Source: Octopus vulgaris
Lineage: Eukaryota
Direction of reading: 5' to 3'
Length of the DNA: 64,000 bases
NCBI GenBank assembly: GCA_951406725.2
Contig: OX597837.1
Span: 3,782,001-3,846,000 of the forward strand
Below the pieces are notes generated by a model. The model had not been told where the DNA came from. It worked only from the letters and a program-made list of their open reading frames with translations, and made no database searches. This document shows, piece after piece, positions 40,598 to 54,824 of this stretch (position 1 is its first letter; every line of letters begins with the position of its first letter). The position numbers and the translations under genes were made by a program.

Positions 40598-41827
40598 TGT
40601 ATGTGTATACATATGTATATACGGTTATATTAATTATTTGTTCTTATATGGATTACATCATATATATATATATTATGTGTATATGTAAGTGTATGTATAT
40701 ATATATATTTATATATCATACACTTTTATACATATATAAATACATATATGTTATTATATATATATATTAACATATATGTATATATATATATGTATATAAG
40801 TGTATGATATATTTTTGTGTGTATATGAATATTTATATGTAATGTATATACATCTCTGTATGTGTATATGTAATATATATGTACACACGCACACATACAC
40901 AGCCGCGTATATATCAAATGTCTTTTGTGTGTAGCTGTACATTGTTTGTCGCCTGTGATAATTCGCAGTAGAATTCTAAGAATTCCACAATCACAAAACA
41001 AGGAAAAGTTAAACAATGAAACTAATACCCTCCAAGAAACACAACACTTAAAGACTGGTAAATGATCTTTTGTTCGTATTTATCATTGTGTGTATGTATG
41101 TGTATGTGTGTGTGTGTGTGTGTGTGTGTATAAATATTTCTGTGATTGTGTGTGTTCTTGTTTATTGCACAAACATTGAGATAAAGCTTTCAACCGACTA
41201 ACATGACGTATGTTCAAACATTAAGGAGATAAATGCGTAATAAGCGAATATCTGCAAGATAGCTTAGAATACGAAATTAATTTCTAAGAAAGGCAAAAAA
41301 CAAAAATCGTATCTGATTTGCTTTTATTTTTCATACAATATACAATTTAATATTATTTTGCATACAAATCTTCTTTAAATGGACGAATAAAAAGAGAAAA
41401 ATGGCAAAAGAAATATTTTTGAATAGTATTGTTCTCAATAATTCTAGGTTTGATCAGTTTCCACAGATTTCATGAACGGATGTTTTGTTGTTTAAATAAT
41501 GGATTTAAAATCTAAAAGGAAAAAGAAAATCGAGAATTAAAATAACGAATGTAAGACATTGAAGTTAGTTGATAAGAAAATGTTTGTTTGTTAATGAGTT
41601 TTAAGTAAATTTATTTTTGTAAATTTAGTAATCGATTATTTAAGACAATTACAACTATATTAAATTTTCTATTTAAAAAATGGTGACATTTTTGTCAAGT
41701 TTTCGGTAATAGTTAAACGCTGAAAGATAGAATTTTTGTTTCGATAACCCGTATACGGAGATATGCATATATACTGTGCGTATGTAGAGGCATACAAAAA
41801 CGTAAGATAATATGTTTGAAAAATAAT

Positions 41828-41873
<46 letters not shown>

Positions 41874-41874
<1 letters not shown>

Positions 41875-43103
41875 GAGGGGCGTTCAATAAGTAATGCCCC
41901 TGACCCACTTGCATTTGGTTGATCTAGCTGAAATTTTGCATGTACACTTATTTATACTTCTATAGAGTAAGTGGCGAATTACACCTCTGAAATAATTGTG
42001 GTTTCTGATTTACAGGTGTTTGAACTGAGTCAAGTGTGAAATGAAGCCTGTTGAGTGTCGAGCAGTGATCTGGTTTTTGTATTTGAAAGGACGCACACCA
42101 CGGGAGACTTTTGATGAAATGAAAGTAACTTATGGTGATGATGCCTCATCATATGACCTTGTAAAACGCTGGCATTGTGAATTCAAACATAGTCGGAACT
42201 CTGTGGAAACAGCTCCCAGATCTGGTCGCCCCCTTCTGCCGTTGATGAGACGTCTGTCCGTCAAGTTGAGGCTGCCATTTTGGAAGGTCAACGCATAACT
42301 ATTCGCCAAATAGCCCATGAGGTCAAGATTAGTACCGGGTCTGTGGAAACTATCATTCATGACCATTTGCATATGCAAAAGGTGTCTGCCAGATGGATTT
42401 CCAGGTTGCTCACACCTTTCCAGAAGCAAGAACGCGTTGAGTGCTCGAGGATGAATTTGGAGATGTGCCAAGAAGATGAGTCAAAATTTTTCAAAAGACT
42501 GATCACACAGGATAAAACCTGGGTCCATCACTATGATCCATAGACCAAAGCCCAGTCAATGCAGTGAAAGCACCGTGACTCACCTCCTCCAAAGAAGGCA
42601 AGGGTGCAGCCCTCCGCTGACAAGGTCATGCTCACAGTCTTCTGGGACCAGGACGGAGTAGTGATGACAGATTTCCTGGCAAAGGGTACCACAATTACAG
42701 GACCCTATTATGCTTCACTTTTGAGGAAATTAAGAGAAGCTATCAAAATCAAGAGGCGGGGCAAGATCAGCAAAGGCATCCTCCTCCTGCAGGACAACGC
42801 TCCGGTCCACAACTCGCGTGTCGCCAGATCAGAAGCACAGGCGTGCAGCTATGAACTCCTCCCCTTGCACCCTCTGATTTTCACCTCTTCCCAGCCATGA
42901 AGTTGATTTTGAAAGGAAAGCGTTTCCCAGATGATGCAGCCTTGATTTCTGAAGTCACGTCGTGGTTGGAGGACCAAGCTGGGGTCTTCTACAAAAACGG
43001 TCTCCAGAGCTGTATCAAACGATGGGAGAAATGCATAACTCTGGGTAGTTCCTGTGCCAAGTGTCGTTGCTCTACTGCTATGGGAAGTGGGTCAGGAGCA
43101 TTA

Positions 43104-43108
<5 letters not shown>
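41874..43108 (+). mobile_element. mariner transposon with pseudogenized transposase (42041-~43050)
   Basis: Left TIR TA|cgaggggcgttcaataagtaatgcccctgacccactt; right TIR aagtgggtcaggagcattacttat, outer part lost in (TA)n. Motifs PRSGRP, SARWISRLL, ITQDKTWVHHYDP, LLQDNAPVH, LQSCIKRWEKCI. Frameshifts present and YSPDLAP deleted. Confidence 0.93.
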
Positions 43109-43136
<28 letters not shown>

Positions 43137-43138
<2 letters not shown>

Positions 43139-43366
43139 AGGCGCAATGGCCCAGTGGTTAGGGCAGCGGATTCGCGGTCGTAGGATCGCGGTTTCGTTTC
43201 CCAGACCGGGCGTTGTGAGTGTTTATTGAGCGAAAACACCTAAAAGCTCCACGAGGCTCCGGCAGGGAGGGGGTGATGCCTGCTGTACTCTTTCACCACT
43301 CTTTCTCTCACTCTTTCTTCTGTTGGCCTGTGTAACAACATCTGATGGTCTGGTCGGTCACGTGAT

Positions 43367-43374
<8 letters not shown>
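43137..43374 (+). mobile_element. SINE family A
   Basis: Head match. Confidence 0.88.
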
Positions 43375-43404
<30 letters not shown>

Positions 43405-43544
43405 GCACAGGCGTGGATGTGTGGTAGGAGGGATCAATCTCACTGCGTGACACCCTGACTTAGTAACTTCCACTGTAGCCTCACGCTGACCAAAATCTTT
43501 TGAGTAGATTTGCTAGACAAAAACACAAAGAAGCTCGTATGTCT

Positions 43545-43632
43545 ATCTGATGAAGCATCATTACATATTTAAAAGGATTTGATTATTCATGAAAAACTTC
43601 GTTTTATTAGTTAAGCGGAAACAGCTGTAATC
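43545..43632 (+). ncRNA. Hammerhead-like motif with long stem II loop (H2-related)
   Basis: AT CTGATGA AGC...GCG GAA ACAGCTGT A|AT; 5' side abuts a diverged SINE. Confidence 0.5.
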
Positions 43633-43690
43633 TATGAGGTGTATAATTTTAAATTTATAATTCTACAATTTACTGCTTTGCTTCCCACTT

Positions 43691-43769
<79 letters not shown>

Positions 43770-43939
43770 TACAAAGTAACAAACGGAGGAGAGGAAATTC
43801 TTCAAATGGATGTGTTAAACATCCAATTCACTGGTTATTATATTTATGTTATTTATATTACTTTCAAAGTATTTAATGTAATATTGTAATATAAACATAA
43901 ATAAATGATTGGATTGTCAATAGTATGTTTAATTTATCT

Positions 43940-43987
<48 letters not shown>

Positions 43988-44046
43988 TGGATGAATGTAA
44001 GCCCGTCCTTTAATTGAAATTAATTCCAGATGTCTGTATTATACTT

Positions 44047-44257
44047 GTTAGTTAGTTAGTTATTTAGTTGGTTAATTTGGCTCAAAAGCAAATAGCAAGG
44101 CCATGTAGGGGGATATGGAGTTAAGTACAGGGTGGTGTTCATGTAAAGAGTTCAGGCCACTTGAGGTCCAGGGAGGCTTTGAACAAAGCGGTCGTCGGCA
44201 TCTTCACCATCTCGTCTGGCAGCTTGTTCCACGGATCCGCAACCCGGACGGAGAAAG
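44047..44257 (-). mobile_element. CR1-like LINE 3' end
   Basis: Minus frame FSVRVADPWNKLPDEMVKMPTTALFKASLDLKWPELFT*, short UTR and (CTAA)n tail. Confidence 0.8.
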
Positions 44258-44736
44258 CTCAAGCATTATTGAGTATGTTTTCATAGAAGGGGAAAACAAA
44301 CGAAAAAGGAGCTTGAGTAATTTATAGTAAGGTAGTGGACAGACACAGTAATTAGTATACTTGGATATTTACATATAATATAGGCGTACATAAATTTAAC
44401 TATACAAACGTGAATTGACTGATATAGAAATATGTACACTCAAATTCTTTTGCATATACATAGAAACACACATATAGTTATACACATAAGTACCTATACA
44501 GCCATACACACACGCACACACACACATATATCCACATACATACGTGCATGTAATTCCTACTTACATATTTATATATACACATACATATACACATGTACAC
44601 GTATACGCGCCCATTATATACTCAATATACAGGCAGATGGGCATATATGCACATATCCCCACACATACACACACATACACACACATACACACACATATAC
44701 ATATATATGTGTTTATGTATGTATGTATGTAGCAAA

Positions 44737-45330
44737 TGAAAGACAGAAGATGGAATATACAAGAATTTATTATTAATCACGACAATTGTTACGACACATC
44801 TAGGAGCATCCGGTGGTGCTGAAATGTCTCGTCGGGTAATAAATAAATATAACTCTTTAAAATGACTGTTCAGCAATGTAACTCTCCGTTTTGTAGAGAA
44901 ATAAGTAGCAAGACGGAGGAAAGTTAAAAAATAAAATATGTGACAAAAAGAGAAACGAACACGCAATCCAGCGAGAAAAGTATTAAATATCAAAAATAAC
45001 CGTTAACAAATATGGATGTATAAACTAAACTTAAGGCATTCTTACCTTAAGGTAAATTAAGTTAAGTGAACGGTTACTCAAAATTAATTCTCACTGCATT
45101 GTGCGAAAGTACATTTTATTGCGTGTAGGCATCTAGAGGGTCGTTCAGAAATTCTATTAATTATCATCTCGTTAGTCCAGAGAATAGAGAGAAATTCCTC
45201 GGAGCAGAGACGGCATCGCCTGGAAATCATATTATATGGTTTCGCATACCTTACTATTGACCAGTTAACGCTATACTTCATTTTATCCTCCTTCAGTCGC
45301 CATACAAAATCTGCCAAAGATGTTTAAAGT
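44737..45330 (-). mobile_element. Penelope-like (Neptune-type) 3' end: GIY-YIG C-terminus plus pLTR with degenerate hammerhead
   Basis: [46 protein letters not shown] (45084-45317). Hammerhead relic at 44776-44840 with a sister copy at 52702-52811. Confidence 0.75.
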
Positions 45331-45425
45331 CTCTGATTGGTTGTCTTAATGCTGGCAACATGGTTACGATATATGTATATATGTATATATGAATATCAAC
45401 ATATATATGTACGTATGTATGAATA

Positions 45426-45540
<115 letters not shown>

Positions 45541-45696
45541 ATGTGTGTGTGTGTTTGTTAAATATGTCTTTACTTTCTGAGTTCAAATTCCTTTAAATAC
45601 CAGTTGCGTACTGGAGTCGATGTAATTGACTGGCCTCCACCCCCAAAATCTCGGCCCTTGTGCCTTCAGTAGAAAAGTATATATATATGTTATATG

Positions 45697-45749
<53 letters not shown>

Positions 45750-45785
45750 CCTGTATATACATACACACACACATATATATATATG

Positions 45786-45835
<50 letters not shown>

Positions 45836-45846
45836 TACATACATAG

Positions 45847-45924
<78 letters not shown>

Positions 45925-46844
45925 GTATATATATATAAATGGAATATATGTTTCGACATATTTTAAGCAATATATTTCTTCTATGGCTGTCACGAACACG
46001 TTTACGAAGCCGTCTAAAGAATACTGCTTGCTTTTGTTGTTTAAAAATAATACATCTTACGAAAATGCCAGAATGATAAAGTAAAAACCATGGTTGAAAA
46101 AGATGAAATGTCACAAAGAGCTAAACGGATTTGCTCAACATTTAAGAAACAAGCAGCAGAGCATATGATAAAAAACTGGAAATTGTTGTTACATTTGTAA
46201 TTCTTCCAGCTGCTGGAAGGTCTGTTTCTGCTTTTGAATAAGATACGATAGAAGAACAATTCCCATGTTGTAGCACAAAGGATAGAATGGAGAACAAGTA
46301 TATTTATTGAGAAAAGTATGTTGACGGATTTCGGATATATACTTACGCTGGGTAAGCGATTTCTTCTCAGACAACCTGTTGAACTATAACGATTGCAGTG
46401 TGGCAGACGTTATCCATTCAAAATCACAATGTCTGTTAATTTCACTTAAATGTTCGTCTTTTTGTGTCAAAAGTTTTTTGTCGCCCTGACTTCGACCTGT
46501 GGTCTTTGGCATGATTTGAAAGGAAAAATTCAACGTCAGTTACATTCAAATGGACTTCGATCTCCGGTGGAGCGTTTGGTCCTTAAGGAAGACACTTTAT
46601 TACACGTTGCTCCAGTCCACTCAGCTGGCAAAACTGAGCTGTACGTGTATTTCAAAGGGCCAAACTTGTCACACTCTGTGTCACGCTGAATCTCCCTGAA
46701 AACTACGCTTTGGTTACGCGTGTCAATTGAATGCTAAGCCTCTTGCAGGTTAATTTCCCCAGCGGGCAGCTTCGTTGACTGGATGAATTGGAACCCTCGT
46801 CGCCGTAACCAATTGTTATGTTTTTGTAATTCATATGAATAGTT

Positions 46845-47130
46845 GAGTCACATGGCCTAGTGGTTAGAGCAGCGGAATCGCGGCTTCGAATCTCATACCG
46901 GGCGATGTGTGTGTTTATGAGCGAAACACCTAAGCTCCACGCGACTCCGGCAGAAGGTAATGGCGAAATTCTGCCAACTCTTTTGCAACAATTTTCTCTC
47001 ACTCTTTCCTCCTGCATCTTGCAGCTCACCTGCGACGGACCGGCGTCCCGTCCAGGTGGGGAACCTATATGCCAAAGAAACCGGGAAACTGGCCCTTCTG
47101 GACCAGGCATGGCTCGAGAAGGAAAGAAAA
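46845..47130 (+). mobile_element. SINE family A subfamily
   Basis: cacatggcctagtggttagagcagcgg head; near-copy at 53587; 3' fragment at 47473-47585. Confidence 0.85.
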
Positions 47131-47639
47131 CATATCAATATCTATAAAGCTGAAATACGAAAAATTTGTTTGTCTCATTTGGGGATGGGAACAGTTTAAG
47201 GGACGGTATATGGGGCCGGATTGGCGCCAAAACTTACATGGACGTATAAAAAGAGACGAGAAAGTGACTGGACTAGGTTAGAAACCCCTATCTCAAAAGC
47301 TGTGGTTACTAGGGCAACAAAACCCAGACTTTGACAAATGTTTGTTGATTGTCTCTTACGGATATCACCCTGTCTTCCTCGATTTCCCTCTTTCCTTCCT
47401 TCCCTCAATTTTCTCTCTATAAAGACGTTTGACTGCTTCCACTCTCATTCTCTCTCCGCCTTCGGATCTTTTATCTTGCAGCTCACCTGCGACGGACCGG
47501 CGTCCCATCCAGATGGGGAACCTGTACGACAAGGAAACCGGATAACCGGCTCTTATGATCCAGGCATGGCTCGAGAAGGAACAAACAATTCCAATGAATA
47601 GTTTGAAAGATTAGCAGTCCTAATAGTTTTAGCCTTTTT

Positions 47640-47678
<39 letters not shown>

Positions 47679-47795
47679 GAAAGAAGGTTTGAAAATGCAA
47701 ACGTTCCTTCGTATATAATTCCACTCGTGCGGTACCCCACAACTCCACTTTGTTATATATATATATATATATAACGTTGAAATTTTTCTTCTTAT

Positions 47796-47862
<67 letters not shown>

Positions 47863-48117
47863 CTTTGCATAGATAGGTAGTTGGAGAGTTAGAGAGATGG
47901 ATGGAGAGATAAATAGGTAGATTTACTGAGATACTTATATGTGCAGACACACACATATAAATATAGGTTTAATATCCATGTGTATACTTAAGTCTCTCTC
48001 TCTCTGTATGTATGAATGTATGTATGTATGTATATTTATATATAGTGGGAAGAGAAAGGAGCGAGAAACAGCGAGAAAGAGGAAAAGAGAGAGAGAGAGT
48101 GAGGGAAAGGGAGAAGG

Positions 48118-48169
<52 letters not shown>

Positions 48170-48304
48170 TAACAGAGATAGAGATAGAAATTGCGGAAGC
48201 AACTAGTCGTTTCAAAATATCATTTGTATTGAAGCAATTTCGAATGTTTAATAAACTGAAGTGATCAATTACAAAGATGCAATCTTTCATCAGAGCCTTT
48301 GTGG

Positions 48305-48381
<77 letters not shown>

Positions 48382-48422
48382 ACACACAAACACACACACA
48401 GACGCACATGCACACACACTGA

Positions 48423-48459
<37 letters not shown>

Positions 48460-48559
48460 CGTATATATATTCATATATGTATGTGCGTATAGATAGGTAT
48501 ATGTACATACACATGCACACATACGAATAGACAGATATAGAAACACAAGCACACACACA

Positions 48560-48597
<38 letters not shown>

Positions 48598-48634
48598 ATA
48601 TATATATATGCATAAAATATACCTATATACACAA

Positions 48635-48678
<44 letters not shown>

Positions 48679-49283
48679 TTATACGCATAGTCGCACACAT
48701 AGAAACATACCCAAATATAGGTACTCACGCTATACACGCACATACACACACGCACACACACACACATATATATGAATGTAATTATGTATATATTTCTTTC
48801 TCGCTCTCTCTATAGATATATATACACATATATACATATGTACATATATACATGCATATATATGTGTATATGTATGTACACACACACACACACATACATC
48901 AATATATATATACCTTTGCATTCCCTATGTACACGCGTGTGTGTACTGAGAATAGCAATGCTTTGTAAACACGTAGCGAACGATTTCAATTTAAGACGTG
49001 TTAAACGATATAGATCTGTAAATATCAGTTTGTGATTGAAACAAGAGAAGCAGGGAATCATTTCACCCGAAACTTGTTACAATTTGCACCAAAAAAACAT
49101 TGATGCTTTCCTTGTTTGCAAATAAACAATGTGCGTTCTTTGATTCTCTTCTGTTTCTTGCGTTCGTTATTTTTTCAAATTCCATATATTGTTGCTGTTA
49201 CCGTTGACGTTCCTTATTGCAGGTCTTTATTGAGCTTTTTTTTTATCCGGTTCTCTTTTTCACTTTATTTGTCTTTTTATTAT

Positions 49284-49685
49284 TTTACTTGTTTCATTCA
49301 TTTGACAGCGACCATGTTGAAGCACCGCCTTTAGTAGAGCAAATCGACCCCGGGACTTATTCTTTGTAAGCCTAGTACTTATTTTATCGGTCTCTTTTTG
49401 CCGAACCGCTAAGGTACGGGTACGTAAACACACCAGCATCAGTTGTGAAGCGATGTTGGGGCGGGGCTTACAAAAACATACACATACACACACATACATA
49501 TATCCATATATAAGCATATATACGATGGGCTTCTTTCAGTTTCCGTCTACCAAATCCACTCACAAGGCTTTGGTCGGCCCGAGGCTTTAGTAGAAGACAC
49601 TTGCCCAAGGTGCCACGCTGTGAGACTGAACCCGGAACCATGTGGTTGGTAAGTAAGCTACTTACCACACAGCCACTCCTACGCC
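49284..49685 (-). mobile_element. SINE family B
   Basis: Full-length match. Confidence 0.9.
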
Positions 49686-51221
49686 TTTCTCTTTTTGTAT
49701 TAATTTAATATGTCCTTGGTTGAATTTATCCGGGAATGTATTAGACAACCTGCCCTTCCTGTTGATTTTCTAGACGATGGAACATTTTGGTTTCAGAAGC
49801 TTTCGTCTAAAGGAAATTTTGCTACTATTTTTAGGAGATCAAACACAGGATAGTTTAAAGCAGATTTTCAATGAAATCTGATTATCCAGTTATCTTCGTA
49901 TTTTCTTTTTTTTTTTTTATAATAATAAATCCTAGATTAAGTTTATCTCGAAATACATTAGCGAATGTATCCCCTGTTTCCTTTATAATGTGATGGAAAC
50001 TGGTTTCAGAGCCTTTAAGGGGGATTTCAGGCGAATACGTAGTCTGTGTCCATGATGTTACTGTTTATATCTCGTTGAAAGATTTAGAATTAATAAAGTT
50101 TCTATTGATTACATCAGCGATTGCGTATCACTTTGCAAATTATATATTTCCGAACGGGAATTTGGCAGCGCCATCTGAGAAAAGCAGTTATTCAGTGCCG
50201 AGGAAGTGAAATAACCCAGAAACCGTGGCCCACAGATATTGCTTTGTGCTGAATGGGGTTACTAAACTTCCGTGCTCGAAAATATAAGGACACAGATGTG
50301 TGTCGTATAGCCAGCTTGAGACGACGTTTCCTGGGGCTACAGCAACAGAATGTATGTATAATTAATTAAAAAAAAGCAGAGACAAAATACAAGAAAAAAG
50401 AATAACATGATTACGTGGTACATGCAAAGTATTTATAAGACGCGCAGAGAAGGAAAGAAAGTGTGGTTGTTTTACTTTTCGAGTAAATGTTCTTCTTCGG
50501 AACCAGGAGACATTGGAAAATTGAACAAAAAGGAAGATGGAGGAAAAAAATCGCCAACATTCCATATATATATATATCGTATGTCCTGTTTTTGTTTTCA
50601 ATATTTGATTTCGATTGCAATATCCGGTTCTTTTTGTCAAACTATTGTATCTCCAGCTGCTTCAGTTGTAAATTGTCTAAGCGTAGTACAACGGTTTAGC
50701 ATTTTTCAAAAGTGTAGTGAGCCCCATATACGACAGTTTTGCAAAAATATTTCTGACTGAAAATATTATGCATGCATGAAATTACGATTTTATGCTCCCA
50801 GCGAAGTATTATTGTTTTACCTGAAACTGTTGCTGATGTAAAAAGAAATGGAATGATGAAACTGTTTTTGCGTTTCCTGAAAAAGCAACGTTGTGTCCCA
50901 CCACCGGTTGACAACCAATATTGGTGTGTTTACATCCCCGTAACTCAGCGGTTCGACAAAAGAGGCTTATGGAATAAGTAATTAGCTTTAAACAAAAGTT
51001 AAATACTGGTGTTGATTCGTTCGATTAGAATTTTCTCCAAGCAGTGCCCCAGCATGGCCGCATTGTTACGAGTGAAACAAGTAAAAATATAAAAGATACC
51101 TAAGGCTCATGTACAGGCTCCTAAGTAGGCTCAATAATTGTGGCCTGAGTAGAGTAAAATATAAGGGGACGTGGGGAGTAATGAGTTTTTAGAGTTTCTT
51201 TAAATGCTTAAGTTTGTACAC

Positions 51222-51543
51222 TTGCAGCGTGGAAGGTGTTTATAAGCCATTTAAGAAACACATAAAATCCTTTAGATTCACTTCAACATTTAAATTCAAT
51301 TCGTCAAAATATTTCCGTCGCTTTGAGACCGCGAACTGTTCACTAGCACGGAATTCTATCAGTGAACAGGTCGCGGTCTCAAAGCGACGAAAATGTTTCC
51401 ACAAATTAAATTTAAGTGTTGAAGTGAATCTAAAGGATTTTGTGTGTTTCTTAAATGGCTTATAAACACCTTCCACGCTGCAATTGTTTTCGTTCCAGCA
51501 CAGGATCTCTGATCAAGTCACTCGCTATGCAAGTACATCTCCG

Positions 51544-51546
<3 letters not shown>
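51222..51546. mobile_element. Fold-back element (family H4) with two G3:C8 hammerhead-like motifs
   Basis: Palindrome 51222-51483 with ~120-bp arms, plus a 63-bp tail; sister copy at 51881-52154. Confidence 0.75.
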
Positions 51547-51590
<44 letters not shown>

Positions 51591-51692
51591 GGAGTAAACA
51601 CATAAATGTGAAACAAGGTGGAAAAAAGAGTACTCAAATACCAGTGGTAGAGTAATATGCTTTATTTTAAGCAGCAGAAAATTCAACAAAAT

Positions 51693-51730
51693 CTGTTACT
51701 CTGAGTTTCTCGTTGCCGTTCATCAGACAG
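51693..51730 (-). ncRNA. Minimal hammerhead ribozyme
   Basis: Exact inverted copy of 51745-51782. Confidence 0.7.
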
Positions 51731-51744
51731 TTTTTGCTAGAAAA

Positions 51745-51782
51745 CTGTCTGATGAACGGCAACGAGAAACTCAGAGTAACAG
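51745..51782 (+). ncRNA. Minimal hammerhead ribozyme
   Basis: CTGT CTGATGA A CG-GCAA-CG A GAA ACTC-A-GAGT A|ACAG. Confidence 0.72.
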
Positions 51783-51813
51783 ATTTTGTTGAATTTCTGC
51801 TGCTTAAAATAAA

Positions 51814-51885
<72 letters not shown>

Positions 51886-51962
51886 GCAGGGAGAAGGTGT
51901 TTATAAGCCATTTAAGAAACACACAAAAAACGTTAGATTCACTTCAACATTTGAATTTAAGT

Positions 51963-52013
51963 TTTGTCAGTGAACAAGTCGCGATCTCAAAGCGACGAAA
52001 ATATTTCGACAAA
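51963..52013 (+). ncRNA. Hammerhead variant with GUGAACA core (G3:C8)
   Basis: TTTGTCA GTGAACA A GTCGC-gatctcaaa-GCGAC GAA AATATT T|CGACAAA. Confidence 0.6.
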
Positions 52014-52610
52014 TTAAATTTAAATGTTGAAGGGAATCTAACGGCTTTTGTGTGTTTCTTAAATGGCTTATAAACACCTTCCACGCTGCAATTGTTTTCG
52101 TTCCAGCACACAATCTCAGATCAGGTCACTTGCTATGCGAGTACATCTCCGTAATTTAAGTTTTTAATATGATGGCTATTTGTTTGCAACAATTATTGTT
52201 GTCTTCAGTTATTTGTTTATGGCTAAGTGATAAGGCATTATCTGCTTATATTTTTATTAGGCCCATAGGGATTATATTAGCAGGATTAGCAGGAGGATTA
52301 TCGTGGGGTGTGAGGTGGCTTTATTAATGATGTTGCGCCTTGGATTGCATTCGTGAGCCTTGTTTTGTGATAGAAATTTAATTTATGATAAGATTAACGG
52401 GCGAAGCTTCTCTTTGTGCGGATGAATAATTAATTATAATCCTATTATCGGTTTATTGATACGTTTGTTGTGTATTTATATTATGTGAGTTCCTCCACTT
52501 TTTGATTTCCTGAGGCAAATTGTAGCGTGTGTGTTTCTGTGTGCGTGTGTTTGTATACAGACACACGTACACGAAAACACACACATACACATATGTGTGT
52601 GTGTGTATGT

Positions 52611-52666
<56 letters not shown>

Positions 52667-52874
52667 GAAAGACTGAAGATGGAATATTCGAGAATTTATT
52701 ATTAACCCGTCAATTGTTTCGACGCATTTCCTATCAATCCCTCACGAGTAGGACACTCGACAACTGATTCAGGAGCATCCGGCGGTGCAGATGGATCTCA
52801 TCGCGTGTTAAATACCCACAGCTCGTTAAAGTTACGTTGCTTTCGTTAAAGTTCGCAACGTAACTTCTCCGGAA

Positions 52875-53110
52875 GGATGAAGGTCAAAATCGTTTTCGGA
52901 GGAATTTGAACTCAGAACATGTAGAGAGACGAAATACCTATTTCTTTATTGCCCACAAGGGGCTAAACACAGAGGGGACAAACAAGGACAGACAAACGGA
53001 CTAGGCCGATTACATCGACCCCAGTGCGTAACTGGTACATAATTTATCGACCCCGAAAGGATCACACAAGTACTCGGCTGGCATTTTATTTTATCGACCC
53101 CGAAAGGATG
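52875..53110 (-). mobile_element. SINE family C fragments
   Basis: Reverse complement of the family C core and tail. Confidence 0.75.
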
Positions 53111-53586
53111 CCAGTTCGCCGGCTTTAGTAGTAGTAGTAGTATATATATATATATAGTGTTAATGTTGCTCGTTTTATCTCTAAATTATTTTGATTTTTA
53201 TTCCTAGATTTCTTAAGATTAATTATAATTCACTTATAATTACTGAAAGCCAAAAAACGGGGACATTTTGAACCTTATTCTTAGAATGAGGGTCCCATTT
53301 TTGCATTAATTTCCCTTAAACCATACTTTGTTGAATCTATTTACCATTTACTTACAATCAAGCGATAAGGCCATCAATGATATAGAAGGTATTCCTATGT
53401 AATCCCTCTAAATGAAGGATTATTTTCCCGCCCACTAAAAACAGACCCTCACTTAATTATTCAAATAAAAGCAAACAATCGAATGATTATTTCATTTGCA
53501 GACGTAATCTGTTCTTGAACCGTTTCCTCTCGAAGAATAAAATTAAATGTACTGCCAAGTTGGAATCAATTATATTTATACTCTGT

Positions 53587-53865
53587 GGAGGCACATGGCC
53601 TAGTGGCTAGTACAGCGGACTTGCGGTCGAGGGATCGCGGCTTTGAATCTCAGAACGGGCGATGTGTGTGTTTATGAGCGAAAACACCTAAGCTCCACGC
53701 GACTCCGGCAGAAGGTAATGGCGAACTTCTGCCGACTCTTTTGCAACAATTTTCTCTCACTCTTTCCTCCTGCATCTTGCAGCTCACATGCGACGGACCA
53801 GCGTCCCGTCCAAGGAAACCGGGAAACCGGCTCTTATGAGCTAGGTGTGGCTCGGGAAGGATCGA
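53587..53865 (+). mobile_element. SINE family A subfamily
   Basis: ggaggcacatggcctagtggc head. Confidence 0.85.
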
Positions 53866-54824
53866 ACATATCTGTACTCTAACTGCTGAGACATGTTTTA
53901 TGGTCAATATTCTGAAATTTGTGGAGCTAACCATTCATTCATATCTATTACACTTGAAACTGAAATTCATTTAATAACTGCCTATTGAAAAATAACTAAA
54001 TAACAGACATATAAATTTAGTAAATAAACATGAATATATCAAATTTTAATTACTATTACTATAGTATTTTTATATGCTTTGATTATCTCTTTTAAGTTGA
54101 ATTATATTATTTTCTCCATTTTGTTTTCTAATGTCTCTTGAGAATTATAACTCAACAACCTTTTATCATCACTCTCTTATCTCAATCTTAACACTCTAAT
54201 CCCTTTTCTTCATCACTACATCACTTTGAAGTTTCTCATCATTTCTTAACGTTTCTTCAATAATTACTAAGCAAATTATTAATACATAAATTACCGATGT
54301 TTTAGTAATAATATAGGAAGATTCCTCATTATTTCTAATAATTATTACTTTAAATCCTTCGGGGCTAAATCCTTGTGGATTTAGAACTGCGAGTCATTTA
54401 GCAACGTTATTCTCCCTGTCTTTCTTTCCTTCCTCTTGTGATTAAGATTAATGTCATCTTCCTATCAAAACAATATAAACCCATCCTTAGCTTCTCTACT
54501 TTCACCTCGAACACATTAATTTCTAATTCCATTTCTATTTCTCATTGAAATTATTAGCATTGCTGTCCAACCTTTAGCACTCGCCCTCCTAACTGTGGCA
54601 AACTTTAGAACCGGTCGTAATGTTTTAACGTTAATTGGTGATTTTCTGCCCCTTTCTTTAATTGACACCACCTTTAACAACATCGATTTTTCTGTTAATT
54701 TAAATTAGTTATTTTGGTTTCGAAATCGATATTGTTATCAGCCAACTCTATATTTTATCTGTTTAGAAACTTGAAAATGTTTTATATCTCACACTGGATT
54801 ATCCAAATAGATAGTTAAACTGCT

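Larger units (their letters stand above)
51659..51815. mobile_element. Fold-back element (family H5) with inverted hammerhead pair
   Basis: Near-perfect palindrome centred at ~51737, between (TA)n tracts. Confidence 0.8.

Noticed and set aside
50163-50178. CTCF/YY1-like motif AGATGGCGCTG (similar at ~9202 and ~11518)
   Set aside because: Short partial matches, unsupported without ChIP or conservation data
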